NCBI GenBank assembly: GCA_964016885.1
Contig: OZ024754.1
Location: 2,232,001-2,296,000, forward strand
DNA from: Eledone cirrhosa
Taxonomy: Eukaryota
Direction of reading: 5' to 3'
Length of the DNA: 64,000 nt
Shown here: positions 43,007-59,004 of the stretch, piece after piece
Layout: each line of letters begins with the position of its first letter
Numbering within the stretch: position 1 is the stretch's first letter
Notes under the pieces: generated by a model
The model's input: only the letters and a program-made list of their open reading frames with translations
Databases searched by the model: none
What the model was told of the DNA's origin: nothing
Position numbers and translations under genes: made by a program

Positions 43007-43012
<6 letters not shown>
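42962..43012. mobile_element. Diverged family A single arm between (TA)n tracts
   Basis: TAGCTGTCGAAACGTACGAAGCTCAGTCGTCGGTGTCCTGAATCTTTTCAT aligns with the family A short arm. Confidence 0.7.
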
Positions 43013-43080
<68 letters not shown>

Positions 43081-43097
43081 GTATATATATACATATA

Positions 43098-43175
<78 letters not shown>

Positions 43176-43399
43176 TAAATATAAGGAAGTAAATAATTAT
43201 AGTATAGTGAAAAGTGAAATATATGATGGAGGAAGCCCTTGATAACCATAATTCTGTGTCTATACTCACGAGTGTGAGTCACGATGTATTATCGCCACCG
43301 AACTTTATCATAATGTGTTTTACTGAAATATGTATACTGAGTATTTATATCGTTACGATGTAAACACCTATTATACACACAGCCACCCTCTCATATATA

Positions 43400-43481
<82 letters not shown>

Positions 43482-43555
43482 ATATAAGTATTTATCTATA
43501 TCTACATACATACATACATAGAGTTACAGGCACACAGGAAAACATAAACGTACAG

Positions 43556-43865
<310 letters not shown>

Positions 43866-43934
43866 TAAACAAAGTTACAGGCACACACGAAAACATAATT
43901 GTACACACACTCTCACATATATAGATATATAAGT

Positions 43935-43968
<34 letters not shown>

Positions 43969-44389
43969 TGTATGTATGTATATATATATATATGTGTATA
44001 TATATTATAAGAGGTAGACATGTGAGAAATGGAGTGGAAGGAACTATACAACACAAATACAGAAATAAATATATGATAGATAGTTAAATAATTATATCAA
44101 CAAATCAAGATATATTGCAGATGTAGAAGAAATATGTTTTGGTATTCAGAGCAGAAAAATGCACACACAAATTCCCCCTCGTTCACACATACACACACTT
44201 ATATATGTATAAATATATACATATACATACATTATATACACGTACACATACCTACTTCGATGTATATATATATATATATATATATACAGACATCACTTAC
44301 ACATATTCATACTTACATCGTTATATATATTTATATATATATATATACATCATATGCACACATTTATACCTACGTCGATATATATATTT

Positions 44390-44496
<107 letters not shown>

Positions 44497-44879
44497 TACA
44501 CACATTCATGCCTATGTCTATATATATATATATATAATGTACATATAGACAAACAGAGAGAGACAAATATATGTGTGTACATGTCTTTTTAAATATGTTT
44601 ATGTTTGTGTTTGTCTAAGTGTGTGTATGTATATGTATGTGTATGTATGTGTGTGTATGTATGTATGTATGCGTATGTCTGTCTGTATGTATGTATGTAA
44701 GTGTGTGTATGTATGAGTATGTGTGTATGTCCGTGTACGTGAGTGTGCGTAAGTTCATTTGAATTATTGCTCTCTCACACTTTTAATCTTTCTGGAAAAA
44801 CACCAACTCTTTCGGCGTTTCTAAAGCAAGCAATAGAAATATAAGACAGACGTACAGAGTCTCGGGAGAAATATTGACA

Positions 44880-45250
44880 GTCATGATGATGATGATACTC
44901 ATTATCATCAACATCTTCATTATCATCTCCATCGTCATCATTATTCATCCTTCTCCTCCTCTTCATCACCACCATCAGCATCACTATCATCATCACCATC
45001 ATCACTATCATCACCATCATCACTATAATGTCCACCATCATCGCCATCATCACCATCATCACCATCATCACTATCACCACCACCACCATCATCACCGCCA
45101 TCACCATCATCACTATCACCACCACCATCATCACCGCCATCATCACTATCACCACCGCTATTGCCATCATCACTGTCATCTCCACCATCACCATGACTAT
45201 CATCACTACCATCATCATCATCATCATCATCATCAGCATTACCATAATCA
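44880..45250. repeat. (ACC/ATC)n compound microsatellite
   Basis: Source of the poly-His pseudo-ORF. Confidence 0.95.
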
Positions 45251-46447
45251 ACGTTATCAATTTAGAGTTCTTCATGCTCTTGTTTATAGAGAAGTGTTTT
45301 CGCCAGTAATGTCTAACACGATAGACGTCACATAGAAACAGAATGGTTTTTCTCATGACCAACACACGCCAATGTACTATTTGTCATTGTACCATTGGAG
45401 GCCGTTGATGTAACCTATATATGGGTGCCATCATTTCACAAAATAACATTAAAAATAACAAAATTACATAACCTAACACTAAAATATATACTTAGACATA
45501 AAAATACAGGATAGTCACATCAGGAATTTATGAAAGATTTACTCAACAAATATTTTTAAACGGATATTGAAGTTGGCTCGCTTAAGTCACATCTTGATCA
45601 ACACATCACAGCAAAAAAACATTTAGCTACGTAGGAGTGTAGAGCTCAGCGGTCCGTCGTAAGGAGTTAATTTGAAGCAACGAAAGATCCCTCATACGAA
45701 CAGCTATCGACGTAAACGGTAACTAATACGTCAACACATATATTCAGACCTAGATACGTAGCGAGAAATACGAAGACTGTGAGAAACAGTTGTATATACA
45801 CGTATACATTTATATGGTGGAGATTTGTCAGAAGATTTCTTTGTGTGTAGGGTGATCATTCTGTAAAGAGGGGGGCGTCAGGAAACATTATTCATGAGGA
45901 TATGAGTTAGAAAAATAAGGGAAACATTTCCCGTTACTTTGTAATAATTCAAATAATGAATCAAATCGAAATAAATACAAAAGACTTAACAAACAATAAC
46001 AGAGAAAATCAATAACAATCATAAAAATTTATTACCACAGGAATTCATTAAAATGGCTGTTTAGCTTGATTCAAACACCCACACGGTATATATGTGTGTA
46101 TGTGTGTGTATGATTGTGTGTGTATTCACGAGAGTCTGTGTTTGAATGTGATATATTGTATGCCTGTATAGTGTTAGAAAAATTGAAATTCCCCAACCCT
46201 GTTAAAAACTGTAGCCCCGGTTGACTGGTGTGTATAATTGATTTAAAAAGTGAAGGAAATAACCCCGGTCTAGACAGTGGACCACTACCTTAGGTTTCAA
46301 ATCATGTCATTCAATTTGACTTAAGGGACATGCTTCGAAAGCTAATGCAGTGATCGACTTATAGAGCAGACAATAATATTTCAGCCCTGTTGATAAGATA
46401 GAGAACTATTTTTCCTGCATGATTTCTACATAAAATCATAACATTAC

Positions 46448-46576
<129 letters not shown>

Positions 46577-46865
46577 GTTTATGTTCACGAATTTGCAATA
46601 GAATAAATATACATTTAAAGCAATATTTCAAATATCCTCATGAATATTCATACGAAGTCTCGTGTACTTCATTTCTCTTGTTGAACTATATAATGTTTGT
46701 GTTGATATACCAAACAGGTTCACGTCCAAGCAGATTTACACACACACACACACACACACACACGTATATATATATATACGCACGGACTCACAGACACGGA
46801 AACACTCACATATATCATGGTATATAATAAATATGTGTGTCTGCTTGAGAGAGAATATCTGTGTG

Positions 46866-46938
<73 letters not shown>

Positions 46939-46953
46939 ATATATATATATATG

Positions 46954-47065
<112 letters not shown>

Positions 47066-47107
47066 TGTATATATGTATGTATGTATGTATATATATATGT
47101 ATGTATG

Positions 47108-47200
<93 letters not shown>

Positions 47201-47207
47201 ATGTATG

Positions 47208-47324
<117 letters not shown>

Positions 47325-47509
47325 TCGTGAGTGAAAGTGTTGATATCGGAAGAGAGAATATAAGGAAATCTAATGTTCATCGATTTCATGTTTCAATATA
47401 TATTTTAAGGATTAAGGGGATTTATATATATTGCAAATAACAACGTCATCTGTTGAAAGATTTCAGGACAGGGAATTATTCTTTTCCTGCTTTTATATAC
47501 AGAGAAATA

Positions 47510-47541
47510 TTTCCATTTCTATATATGTATATATGTATTGT

Positions 47542-47576
<35 letters not shown>

Positions 47577-47811
47577 TGTTATATATATATATATAGGTAT
47601 ATATGTATTGTTATATATATATAGGTATTTCTATATGTATATCTCTATTTCTATATATGTATATATGTATTGTTATATATATATATATAGGTATTTCTAT
47701 ATGTATATCTCTATTTTGTTTCTATATATGTATATATGTATTGTTATATATATATATATATAGGTATTTCTATATGTATATCTCTATTTCTATATATGTA
47801 TATATGTATTG

Positions 47812-47820
<9 letters not shown>
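47510..47820. repeat. About 60-70 bp AT-rich minisatellite with variable internal (TA)n
   Basis: Recurring GGTATTTCTATATGTATATCTCTATTTCTATATATGTATATATGTATTGTTATA units. Confidence 0.8.
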
Positions 47821-47849
<29 letters not shown>

Positions 47850-47936
47850 GTAAGTTTGTGTGAGTACATGTTTGTGAGTGCATATGTACATATGCATGTA
47901 CGTATGTACATAAATATATGTATGTATATATGCATA

Positions 47937-48035
<99 letters not shown>

Positions 48036-48712
48036 ATGTGCGCGTGCATTTGTGTATTTATATAAGTGTATATGTATGTTTCTATGTACGTATGTGTGTG
48101 TGTGCATTTGCGTATTCATGTAAGTGCATATGCATGTATGTATATATGTATGTATGTACGCATGACTATATGTAATTGTGTGTGTTGACCTATAGTGGCG
48201 TGTCTTTGCGTCTGATGTTTAACGTATTTGTATATAAACAATGTATTTAATGTATTATACATTACTGAAGTCGTATTATACACGAAGAACATATACTTCT
48301 TCAGTAAAAATCAAATGTCCTTATAATAAGGTTACAAATAAAGTATATTCTACATATATTTTATGCTGTATATCATGTAGAATTTGTCATGCAGACGTAT
48401 GTCTATATTATGAATATGTAGACGAAATACAAATATGTATAATATGTATAATTCTATATATAAACTATCAGTTTCCGAGTGGGTAAAAGTCATTGAAGAT
48501 GGATGAAGATCCTGAAATACTAGTATTTGAAATGCGTTATAGCAGGGTCGCTGAAGTAGGTGTGACATGATCACGACTGAAAATACTAACAGTGAGCCGT
48601 TTGTATGACATATGGTATATGCTTCCATATATACTTTTGTTATGAATCACGAAGCTCTGCTGCTACACTAAAATATCACGACAAACACGTGGTCTTAATA
48701 AAGAACATATAC

Positions 48713-48808
<96 letters not shown>

Positions 48809-48837
48809 GGGTGTGTATGATTGTGTACAGAAGATTA

Positions 48838-49069
48838 TATTAATAAAAGGAATTCCAGCTTTGTCTGATTTACTCGTTTTATTTACAATCCTTTAAAATT
48901 ATAATGTTATTAGAATGAAATAGTATGGTAGAATATTAAATGTTAAATGTTAATTGGCACTTAACATTTAATATTCTACCATAATATTTCATTATAATAT
49001 CATTATAATTTTAAAGGATTATAAATAAAACTAGTAAATCAGACAAAGTTGGAATTCCTTTTATTAATA
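48838..49069. repeat. Long imperfect palindrome (about 112 bp arms, about 8 nt loop)
   Basis: TATTAATAAAAGGAATTCCAGCTTTGTCTGATTTAC... pairs with ...GTAAATCAGACAAAGTTGGAATTCCTTTTATTAATA. It is bounded by (TA)n and (GATA)n. Confidence 0.9.
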
Positions 49070-49070
49070 C

Positions 49071-49149
<79 letters not shown>

Positions 49150-49490
49150 TGTAGTATATATCATACATACGTGTGTGTCATTGTGTATGCATGTGCGAGC
49201 TATATTTTCTTTCGTAAATTAACAAAATTTTTGAATGGCATTAGGTATCGATAAATATAAAATCTATAGGAAGGCACTGCCAGATACCCTCAAGAAGATC
49301 AAGTGAATATATAAGCAGCTTATTATCTAGTTTACAACAGTACTATATAGATGTCTATTTTAAAAAGAATCGTTATTTTCATATTATCGGCTATCTATAA
49401 CATTTCGAACTTATCTTCCAGCAATTTGAATTATCTCTAAAGAAAAACCTTGAGTGTCCAAATAATCTTTCATACATAATAATAATGATT

Positions 49491-49522
<32 letters not shown>

Positions 49523-50686
49523 GCTTTCTTTATTAACCACAAGGGTTTACACAAAGTAGACATTAAGGACAGTACAGGACAATACAGGACGGTAGAAAAG
49601 GGCATTTCTGTGTGTAAAAAAACCAAAAAACAGAGGATGTAATAATAGAAAAATGAAAAAATTCCCCAATAGGGAAGAGACTTCCGAGGGACATTCGTGG
49701 AGAAAGCCCATTAAAAAGCCACAGTGACCCTGACCACCAGGGCAAGTGCCCTCTCCCAGTTTTCCACCTTTAATTTACAGACACATAATCAGAGTAGGCC
49801 CATTCACTCGGGCCATTCTTGCCTCTCTCACCCATATTTCAACAAAATGCTGGGAAGAGAGCACTTCCCTCTCTACCCTGATTTTCCTTTTCAAATGAAA
49901 TTTGAAAAAGTTAATCAGGGCATCACCGAAGAGGTAAGTGCTCGTCTTCAGCCCTTTCAAACGTGTCCACCATACTATCTCTTTCGCCATGGCCACCAGA
50001 CAGATAAAAACTGCCTGCCCTTCCCGTTCGACATAAACCCACAAGTCAGCAACCCTCGGACACTGGACGAGTGCGTGCAGGACGGTTTCGTCGCCCTGCG
50101 CGCATCTCGGACATGCCCGGCTGACGGCACCTCCATGCCTGTAGAGTTTATCCCGAACTAGCAAAGCTCCTCGGTAGCACTGCCAGGCCAGGGATTTCTG
50201 GAAGTTGTTCATAGGCCCCGGCCCGAAAGTTCTTCCGAAGAGATTGGCTAGTTGATTTTCGTCGGCGCCTAGAGTTTCCCCAAGTACGTCGTCGCTCTTC
50301 CCCTCCTCTAATCCTCTATAGAACGCCAAGGTGGAGTTTCCACCGATCACATTGCCCGATTGGTCGAGGGCTGTGAACGCCTGAAGACATTCCAGTCTCC
50401 AAGCGCTCCCTCTCGGTCTTCGCTTGTCCCAGGACTGCAGCTCCGTCAAGGAGACAAGCTGGGGAAAGACGCGTCTAGCAAACGGCGACCACACCTGATC
50501 ACCGTCGAGGAAAAGGTGGAGATGTCGTAGCTTGAGCGCGTGTCTGCGCATCATCAGCCACGGCATGCCCAGCCCTCCACGTAGCGGGTGTTAACAGCAG
50601 ATGGACCGCCTGACCATCGGAGCGCGTCCCTTCCACAAAAAGCGAAAGGGCAAACGCTCCAGCGCAGTCAGGCGGGGCTTAGGACA
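49523..50686 (-). mobile_element. 5'-truncated L1/Tx1-type LINE (ORF2 C-terminus plus 3' UTR)
   Basis: Translation CPKPRLTALERLPFRFLWKGRAPMVRRSICC*HPLRGGLGMP runs into ORF 49775-50566, which has the zinc knuckle CPRC...ETVLHALVQCP (zf-RVT type). The region is GC-rich, has AATAAA at its 3' end and (TAA)n on both sides. Confidence 0.9.
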
Positions 50687-50691
50687 ATAAT

Positions 50692-50914
50692 AATAATGGT
50701 TTCTACTATAGGCACAAGGCCAGCAATTTTAGGGGAAAGGAAAATTTGATTAAATCTACCCCAGTGTGTGAATGGTACTTTATTTTATCGACCCCGTAAG
50801 GATGAAAGGTAAATTTAACCTCGGCGGGATTTGAACTCAGAATGGCAAGGGCCGTAACTCAATGCGTCAAAGCATGGCATCCGACCCTCTACAGATACTG
50901 CCAATCCGCCGCCC
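50692..50914 (-). mobile_element. Full-length Meta-like SINE
   Basis: A box, B box GAGTTCAAATCCC, central domain and 3' end all match the 6876-7529 copies. Confidence 0.85.
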
Positions 50915-51459
50915 TTTTTCAAAAGGATAATAATGAAACAGTATCGAGATTTTATGGGTAGGATCGCCTAGTTTGATTCCATTTTTTTTCTTAATTAGAA
51001 TAGGAACATATTGGAACTTCTTGATGTATTTAATATTTCTGTGAAATCATTCTTTGGTTGATTTTACGAATCTCTGTGGATCTAGGAATGAAATATATTA
51101 CAGTTAAGAGACAAGTCAATTAAAGTTTTAACTTGTTAGTATTTTCTGACCTCTGAAGATTTTATTTTGAATGTTGAACCCACCAGAATTCAATGTCAAC
51201 GGAAATAATTACAGAAACCTATTTTTTATGGCCTTTTCAATTCTACCTTGTCTCCCGCCTCTAGTAATAGAAAGGGGCCACTTATATTCTACAATGTGTC
51301 CCACCTTAATTATGAAAAAAGACCACTTATATAGACATACGTCCACCTGATTTAAATGGTGTGTCCACTTATTTTAAAAGAAGTTCTGTTTTGTGTAATA
51401 CACCTTAATTCTTGAAAGGTTATTAGTTTTATTGATCCTAGTTGTATGAAATACAAAAG

Positions 51460-51560
51460 TAATTGTTTCTATGTTTGGCACAAGGCCAGCAACTATCACC
51501 GTGTATTACTGGTACTTTATTTTATCGACTTCATAAGGATGAAAGGCAAAGTTAACCTCA
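51460..51560 (-). mobile_element. 5'-truncated Meta-like SINE
   Basis: GGTACTTTATTTTATCGACTTCATAAGGATGAAAGGCAAAGTTAACCTC. Confidence 0.8.
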
Positions 51561-51946
51561 AATTAATAACTGCGGTGTTACGAATTCATACGACAAAGAC
51601 CAGTACCTACTTAATACAAGGTAATAGCTACATTTTAATGAGTCCACGTTTTATATGAATGTAAAATTAACTCTAGATAAATATTCCTTACACATATAAC
51701 ATTTGTCATTATCCTTTTTACTTGAAGATGGGTAAGACAGTGGTTTTCTTTTCATTATTTGAGAAAATTACAAATATCCATAAAGTGGTTTTCAACGGAA
51801 AAGTGGTCTTTGAAATTTCTTGCACTTGTTGTTTTAGGCAATATGTTATTACGTTTCTACTCTTATCATAAAGAAATCCATACATATCTGAACACATACG
51901 CAAACATACATACATGTATATATACATACATATATGTATATGTATG

Positions 51947-52008
<62 letters not shown>

Positions 52009-52126
52009 GTGTGTATGTATATGTGTATGTATATATAGATGTGGTGTATCTATCTATCTATCTGTCTCTATATATACATATATGTATATATATATATATA
52101 TGTATGTATACACCTGGTGCACCTAC

Positions 52127-52182
<56 letters not shown>

Positions 52183-53183
52183 ATATATATATATAGAGAG
52201 AGAGAGATATAATGATTATATATTTACGTTATGTTGTTAAATGGAATTGGCTATTGCCGTAAACCCGGTTTAAACAACAATTTACTTGTTTATATTTCAG
52301 ATATAAAAGATTCAGATATTAAATGAATGCAAAAAGGAAATAAAAATAAAAATAAAAACGAGTGCCACACGAAACCAGATGTCGCTACTAGACTGTGGCC
52401 ATGGTGAAGATATGTACGAGACTTGGCTGAATGGCTCATAGGCTTACTATGAAGAAGTGATGCTAGAGCTTTGAAATATTGTATGAATTAATTTTAACTC
52501 TTCTTAAGAATAACTGCTTTGTTTCTTGCCAGGGATTATGTTGAAAAATAAATCTCATTTGATTATTCCATAAGAGTATCTTGGTCATGAGTGGACTATG
52601 AAACAGAGATGATATTGCGTTGTTTTCTAGCACAAACAATTCATTTCACGAAGCTCCAAGACATATGGACATGTCGATGACCTTGGGATAAATTCTAACA
52701 AGATGAACCTCGGCAAATGTATCAGAATAACGTATATATTGCGTCGGCAAGTATGAACCTCAACAAAGGCATATAAATAACGTATATTGGGTCATCAAGT
52801 ATGAAACCTGTAGATATTTGTTTGTTTTTCTACAAATTTCTACAAATGACGACCCAATATATGTGTGTATGTTGTATGAATAAACATCCACCGAGTTATA
52901 TAGGTATTACGTTCGTCAAAATTATGTTGTAAAGCTGTTTCACATTAAGTTTCATGTTATAAACAAAGGTGCCGTATGATGGAAGGAGAAAGAAAATCAG
53001 TAAAAAAGGAGAATACTTTAAAACGAATCATTAGAGGAATATCATAGGAAACTCTGGTAGATTGATGTGGAATAGAGAGAAAATATTATTGGCTGATGTT
53101 TCAATAATAGACGCTTATTGTAGTTGATATTCATAAAAAAAAAGATCAAAGTATATAAAGCCATAAAATGAGCAAAAGAGAAT

Positions 53184-53232
<49 letters not shown>

Positions 53233-53392
53233 GGGATATATGGTGCTTAAATTTTTTAATTGAACTTAAACTGACGATTGAGTGCATGTAAAAAAAATAA
53301 TAACTCAAATGTACATATCTACATACATAAATATATGCAAATGTATATATATATATATATATACATGTGTGTGCATGTATGTATATATATTT

Positions 53393-53429
<37 letters not shown>

Positions 53430-53497
53430 AATATAGGTGTGTGTGTGCTTGCCAGTGTCTTTGTAATAATGTGTATGGATATATATGTTTTTTACCG

Positions 53498-53544
<47 letters not shown>

Positions 53545-53554
53545 TGTGAGTGTG

Positions 53555-53691
<137 letters not shown>

Positions 53692-54393
53692 ATTTAGTGA
53701 ATGTTAATATCGTGTTCATGAAAAGAACAGCCAAGTGGGAGAGAAATAGCTGTGTTTCACAAAAGTCGGATTCTATTAACTTTCCTCCTTTGAATACGAA
53801 ATAGTGAAAAACCCAGTAATATCCACTGGCAAATTGAAATGAAATATATTGAGTTTCACTCCTGTTATTACCAGTGTAAGAATGAAATGGCATGACGACT
53901 GCGGGGCAAGGTATATCAATTCTATAATTGTTTCGGTCTTTGTTTTCGACCTAAATGCATTTATATCCATTACAATCTAGGCGGGAGGTCTTAGTGTAAT
54001 GTCGGCAAGAAATTAATGAAAATATTGAAAAACCGAAGAATTAGTATGTAGAAACGAATTATTCATTACAAGCATGTGAAGATGTATCCGGTGCAGGTGC
54101 CTATGTATGAAAAGGATAAAAGACGAAGCCCCTTTTCACAATAAACGTTGATCACGAGTATTTCGATTGATTCGTAAGATAAGCTGTGTTTCAGTCACGA
54201 ATCAAAATCAGGAATGCTATATGTCCGAGAGCGAACTTCGATTAATTATATGAAAAATTTAATAATGCTGGAAAACGGTAAACTTCATTACATTAATATA
54301 TCTCCGTATAAATAAATATATATATATATATATATATATATTTCGTATAGGAAGAGAGAGAGAAAGTCTGAGACAGGGAGGTTTGTGTGTATG

Positions 54394-54452
<59 letters not shown>

Positions 54453-54746
54453 GAGTTAAACAAGATTCAATGAGTACATCAAAGAATGAGTTTTACAGTA
54501 GATTGGAAGCTTTTAATATTAATATATATAGTATATATATATATATATATTATATATATGTATTTATGTATATATATATGAAAAAAAAAAAAAAAATTTT
54601 TTAAATTAATTTCTTATTTTACGTCTTTTATATTATTGTTCTGCATCCTCCTGCATTGAACCACCTAGGTACTATGACATAACCTGTGTATTTGCTGGCA
54701 TGGACGTGCATCGGTGCGCTTATGTTAGTTGATATATTAAATTATT

Positions 54747-55168
<422 letters not shown>

Positions 55169-55211
55169 GATGGTGCGTCTGTAAGTATAACGTGTGTCTG
55201 GATATGTCTGA

Positions 55212-55245
<34 letters not shown>

Positions 55246-55778
55246 GTCTGTGTGTGTGTACGTTTATATTGAAGTCTATACAAGGAAGATACGTTAGAGT
55301 TGTAACTCAACACACAAACATATATCATGAACAGGATTCTGACATGATTTCCGTCACACCAATGTAATTTCTATATAAGGTAAATGTGCTGGAATATAGA
55401 GCTGCTAGGACACCGTTCGGTTTCTTTCCTACGTCAGGCGTTCGATTAAACGGTATAGCGAAACTACAAACTCTAGATTACACATTCAAAACCATTTAGA
55501 TTCCATTAAAATATACATCATCTCTTCATGTAATGTCAGCATTTTCTCGATCTGTAAACACACAAACACACACACACACACATACACACAGACACATATA
55601 TATATGTGTGTGTGTCAGTGTGTGTGTGTACATTCATTTATGTACACACATATATATATATATAGACATATACATCACACACATATACATACAAGCATAT
55701 ATATACCTACACACATATACTTACAAAAATATATATATACATATGCACACACACAGACACAGACACACACACACACAC

Positions 55779-55810
<32 letters not shown>

Positions 55811-55824
55811 ACATTCATTTATGT

Positions 55825-55863
<39 letters not shown>

Positions 55864-55954
55864 TATACATCTACAGACATATACATACAAGCATATAGAC
55901 TTACACACATATACTTACAAATATATATATATACATATGCACACACACAAACAC

Positions 55955-55995
<41 letters not shown>

Positions 55996-57932
55996 CATAT
56001 ATATATATATATTTATATATATGCCAAAACAGGAACTTCAGGCACACTTGCATAATTGGGTTGTTGTTTTTCAAGTCTAATTTACTAAAGTGCATCAATG
56101 CACTTTATTGATAATTCCTGTGTCAGTAGATACAGAACAACATGACACCAACAGGACTGTATTACAACAATAATAAGCGCAAAGTAATATATATATATCG
56201 TATTTCATTCTGCTTGAATAATAAAAACATAACGTTTACCGGATAATAACAGAGGCGAGTAAGCAAACTGTATATAGTGGAAACTAACAGCGAAACAAAA
56301 CCTGAAAAAAGCACACATTTTAAGAGAAAATGAATTAATCAAAGCACATTCGTATGAAAAGAGGTTCACCAAAACCAAAAAAATATATTACACACTCACT
56401 CACACACGTTCATACACACATACATATATATGTGTATATATACATATATAATATATATACACATATATACACATATATTATATATTATCTACCGATACTG
56501 CCAATCCACCGCCTTTATAATATATACATTATATATATTATATATACATTATATATATTATATATACATTATATATATTATATATATACATTATACATTA
56601 TATATATATATATTATACATTATATATATTATATATATTATGTATATATTATATACATATATAACAACATCATCATCATCATCATCATAGTAAGAGTAGC
56701 ACCATCAATATTAAGACCACCTACTCCAACGCTTCTTACCCTCACCCCATACACCATCATCCCACATGTAGCAACAACACATATGACAAAGAACTACATA
56801 AACGACAGCATGACCAGCACTGCCAACACCAGCGTTGTCAGTACCAACTACAACACCAACACTACCAACACTAACACTACCAACACCAACACTATCAACA
56901 ACAACAACATCAACACCACCAAGAATACCAATACCACCAACACCAACACCAACAACAACTTAGTAAAGGCATACCTAGTGATGCCCACACCACAACCACC
57001 ACCACCACCACCACCAGAAACAACACCAACACCACAACCACCACCACCACCACTGACACCAGAAACAACAGCAACACCACTACCAGCACCAACAACAACA
57101 ACAACATGTACACCAACACCAAAGCCAACACCGACAATTTAGCAACAGCATAACTAACGACACCAACACCACAACCACACAACCACCACCAACATCATCA
57201 TCATCATCCACATCACAACCACCATCTCCAATACCACAATACCAATAACAACACAAACAACACACAATTACCCCGACAACGACACCAATATAATTCACTC
57301 CAAATATCATATTTACAGTTTAGTCTCCTGGGGGGAAAACGTGTATTACATATGAACACGTTTAATTATAAGACTCTCCTCTAGCAAAAGTCATTTTCAT
57401 TTAATAAGGAAACATCATAAATGTAAATGTAAGAATATAAAAAAAAATGTATATTTAGTTAAAAGTCGTGAGGTAACTATAATACAGTCAATTAAAATAG
57501 TCGCTCCGCACACGCCCCCATAATTGGCCTTATGTCTTCAAAGTTAAGCAGACAGATAAATATAGAAATGATATTCAATGAATCTGAGACATGAGAGAAA
57601 TTGCTGGAGACTAAAATTATGTATGTTTGCCGACGATCTCATGTGAGTGTGAATATATGAATATCTCCAAGTGTTTACTCGTTTGTGTGAGTGTGTAGGT
57701 GTGAGTCTGTGTGAGCGTGTGTGTGTGTGTGCATGTGCTTGTGTGTGTGAGTGTGTGTGAGTGTGCGTGTGCGTGAGCGTGTGTGTGAGCGTGTGCGTGA
57801 GCGTGTGTGTGAGCGTGTGTGCGAGCGTGTGAGTGTGTGCATGTGCGTGTGTGTGTGAATAAGTGTGAGTGCTGGTGTGTGTGTGAATGTGCGTTTGAGT
57901 GTGTGTGTGTGAGTGTATGTGTGAGTGTGCGT

Positions 57933-57972
<40 letters not shown>

Positions 57973-58107
57973 GTGTGTGTGTGTGTAAGTGTGTGAGTGT
58001 GTGGCTGCCTAACATACACGTCCTTTCCTCCTGTAAAGATATCTCCCGACTCTTCCTTTACTTAGACTCATCTATGTCGCTAATTCTTCTACCTCTCATT
58101 CTATCTT

Positions 58108-58136
58108 CCGATGAAAGACCTCTGTCCGAAACGTTA
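58108..58136 (+). ncRNA. Minimal hammerhead-like motif (PLE-type)
   Basis: CCGATGA-aaGAC-ctct-GTCc-GAAACGTTA, with AATAAA about 30 nt downstream. The core has a U-to-C change and helix I is not evident. Confidence 0.45.
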
Positions 58137-58284
58137 CAACTATATCAAGTGTTAACCTCCTACTAATAAACATGTCAATTCATCACTCCTAGAAGTATAC
58201 TTTAGGTATTGATCTCAAAATGATGAAAGACAAAGTCTGTGTTTGTGGGTTTCATTTCGGATTTCAGAGAGTTACAAACATTTA

Positions 58285-58410
58285 TTAGCTTTGCCTTTCA
58301 TCCTTACGGGTTCGATGAAATAAAGTACCAGTAATGCACATGGGTCGATTTAATCGACTTTCCCCTGCCCTTGAAATTGCTGGCATTGTTCCTAAATTAT
58401 AAACAATTAT
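58285..58410 (+). mobile_element. 5'-truncated Meta-like SINE
   Basis: CTTTGCCTTTCATCCTTACGGGTTCGATGAAATAAAGTACCAG...GCTGGCATTGTTCCTAAA. Confidence 0.8.
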
Positions 58411-58610
58411 TAATATTCTGAATAATATCAATACTGAGTCATAATAGAGTTAAACGTTCCTATGATAAAGCAGCAGTCGTCGTTTCACGAACAAGGTTGC
58501 TCACCTTTATACCGTTGCTTCATATAAATTCAGTAAATATATAACAAATACCTGGGCAGGGGAAATTTAAACAACATATTTCTTATTAACTACACACCTC
58601 TACAGTGTTA

Positions 58611-58818
58611 TTTGCTTAAACTTTAATCTGTTATTTTAATAAATATATATATATAAATATATATATATATGTATATTTAATAAAATAACAGATTAAAGTT
58701 TAAGCAAAGAATCGCTGTCAATCTGTGAACGCAGAAGTAAATATTTCAAAAAACGTTGCAACCGGAGGAAGACAGAAAGACGATACTTTGGTTAGTGGAA
58801 ACGTTCCCTGGAAAAGAA
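58611..58818. mobile_element. Tail-to-tail family B ends around a (TA) spacer plus the second module
   Basis: TTTGCTTAAACTTTAATCTGTTATTTTA pairs with TAAAATAACAGATTAAAGTTTAAGCAAA. 58719-58818 matches 30507-30608. Confidence 0.75.
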
Positions 58819-58820
58819 CC

Positions 58821-59004
58821 TTGTGGTAAGGAACCAGATGGACCATAACGCACCAAAGTACTCAATGCTTAGTGTAGTAGAGTGGGTAATAGGAACAAGT
58901 ATGACCCCGAGGGCAGACCTCAAGCCGGTTCGACGGCTATTTCTGGACAGAAATAGCCGTTGAAACGGCTTGAGCTCTGCCGTCGGGGTCATACTTGTTC
59001 CTAT
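58821..59004. mobile_element. Family A fold-back element
   Basis: Centre CTATTTCTG-ga-CAGAAATAG and a short arm ending TTGTTCCTAT. Confidence 0.9.

Noticed and set aside
56690-57290. Pro/Thr/Asn-rich mucin-like ORF
   Set aside because: It is a degenerate (ACC/AAC)n tract, in frame with TA repeats, with no splice or domain evidence.
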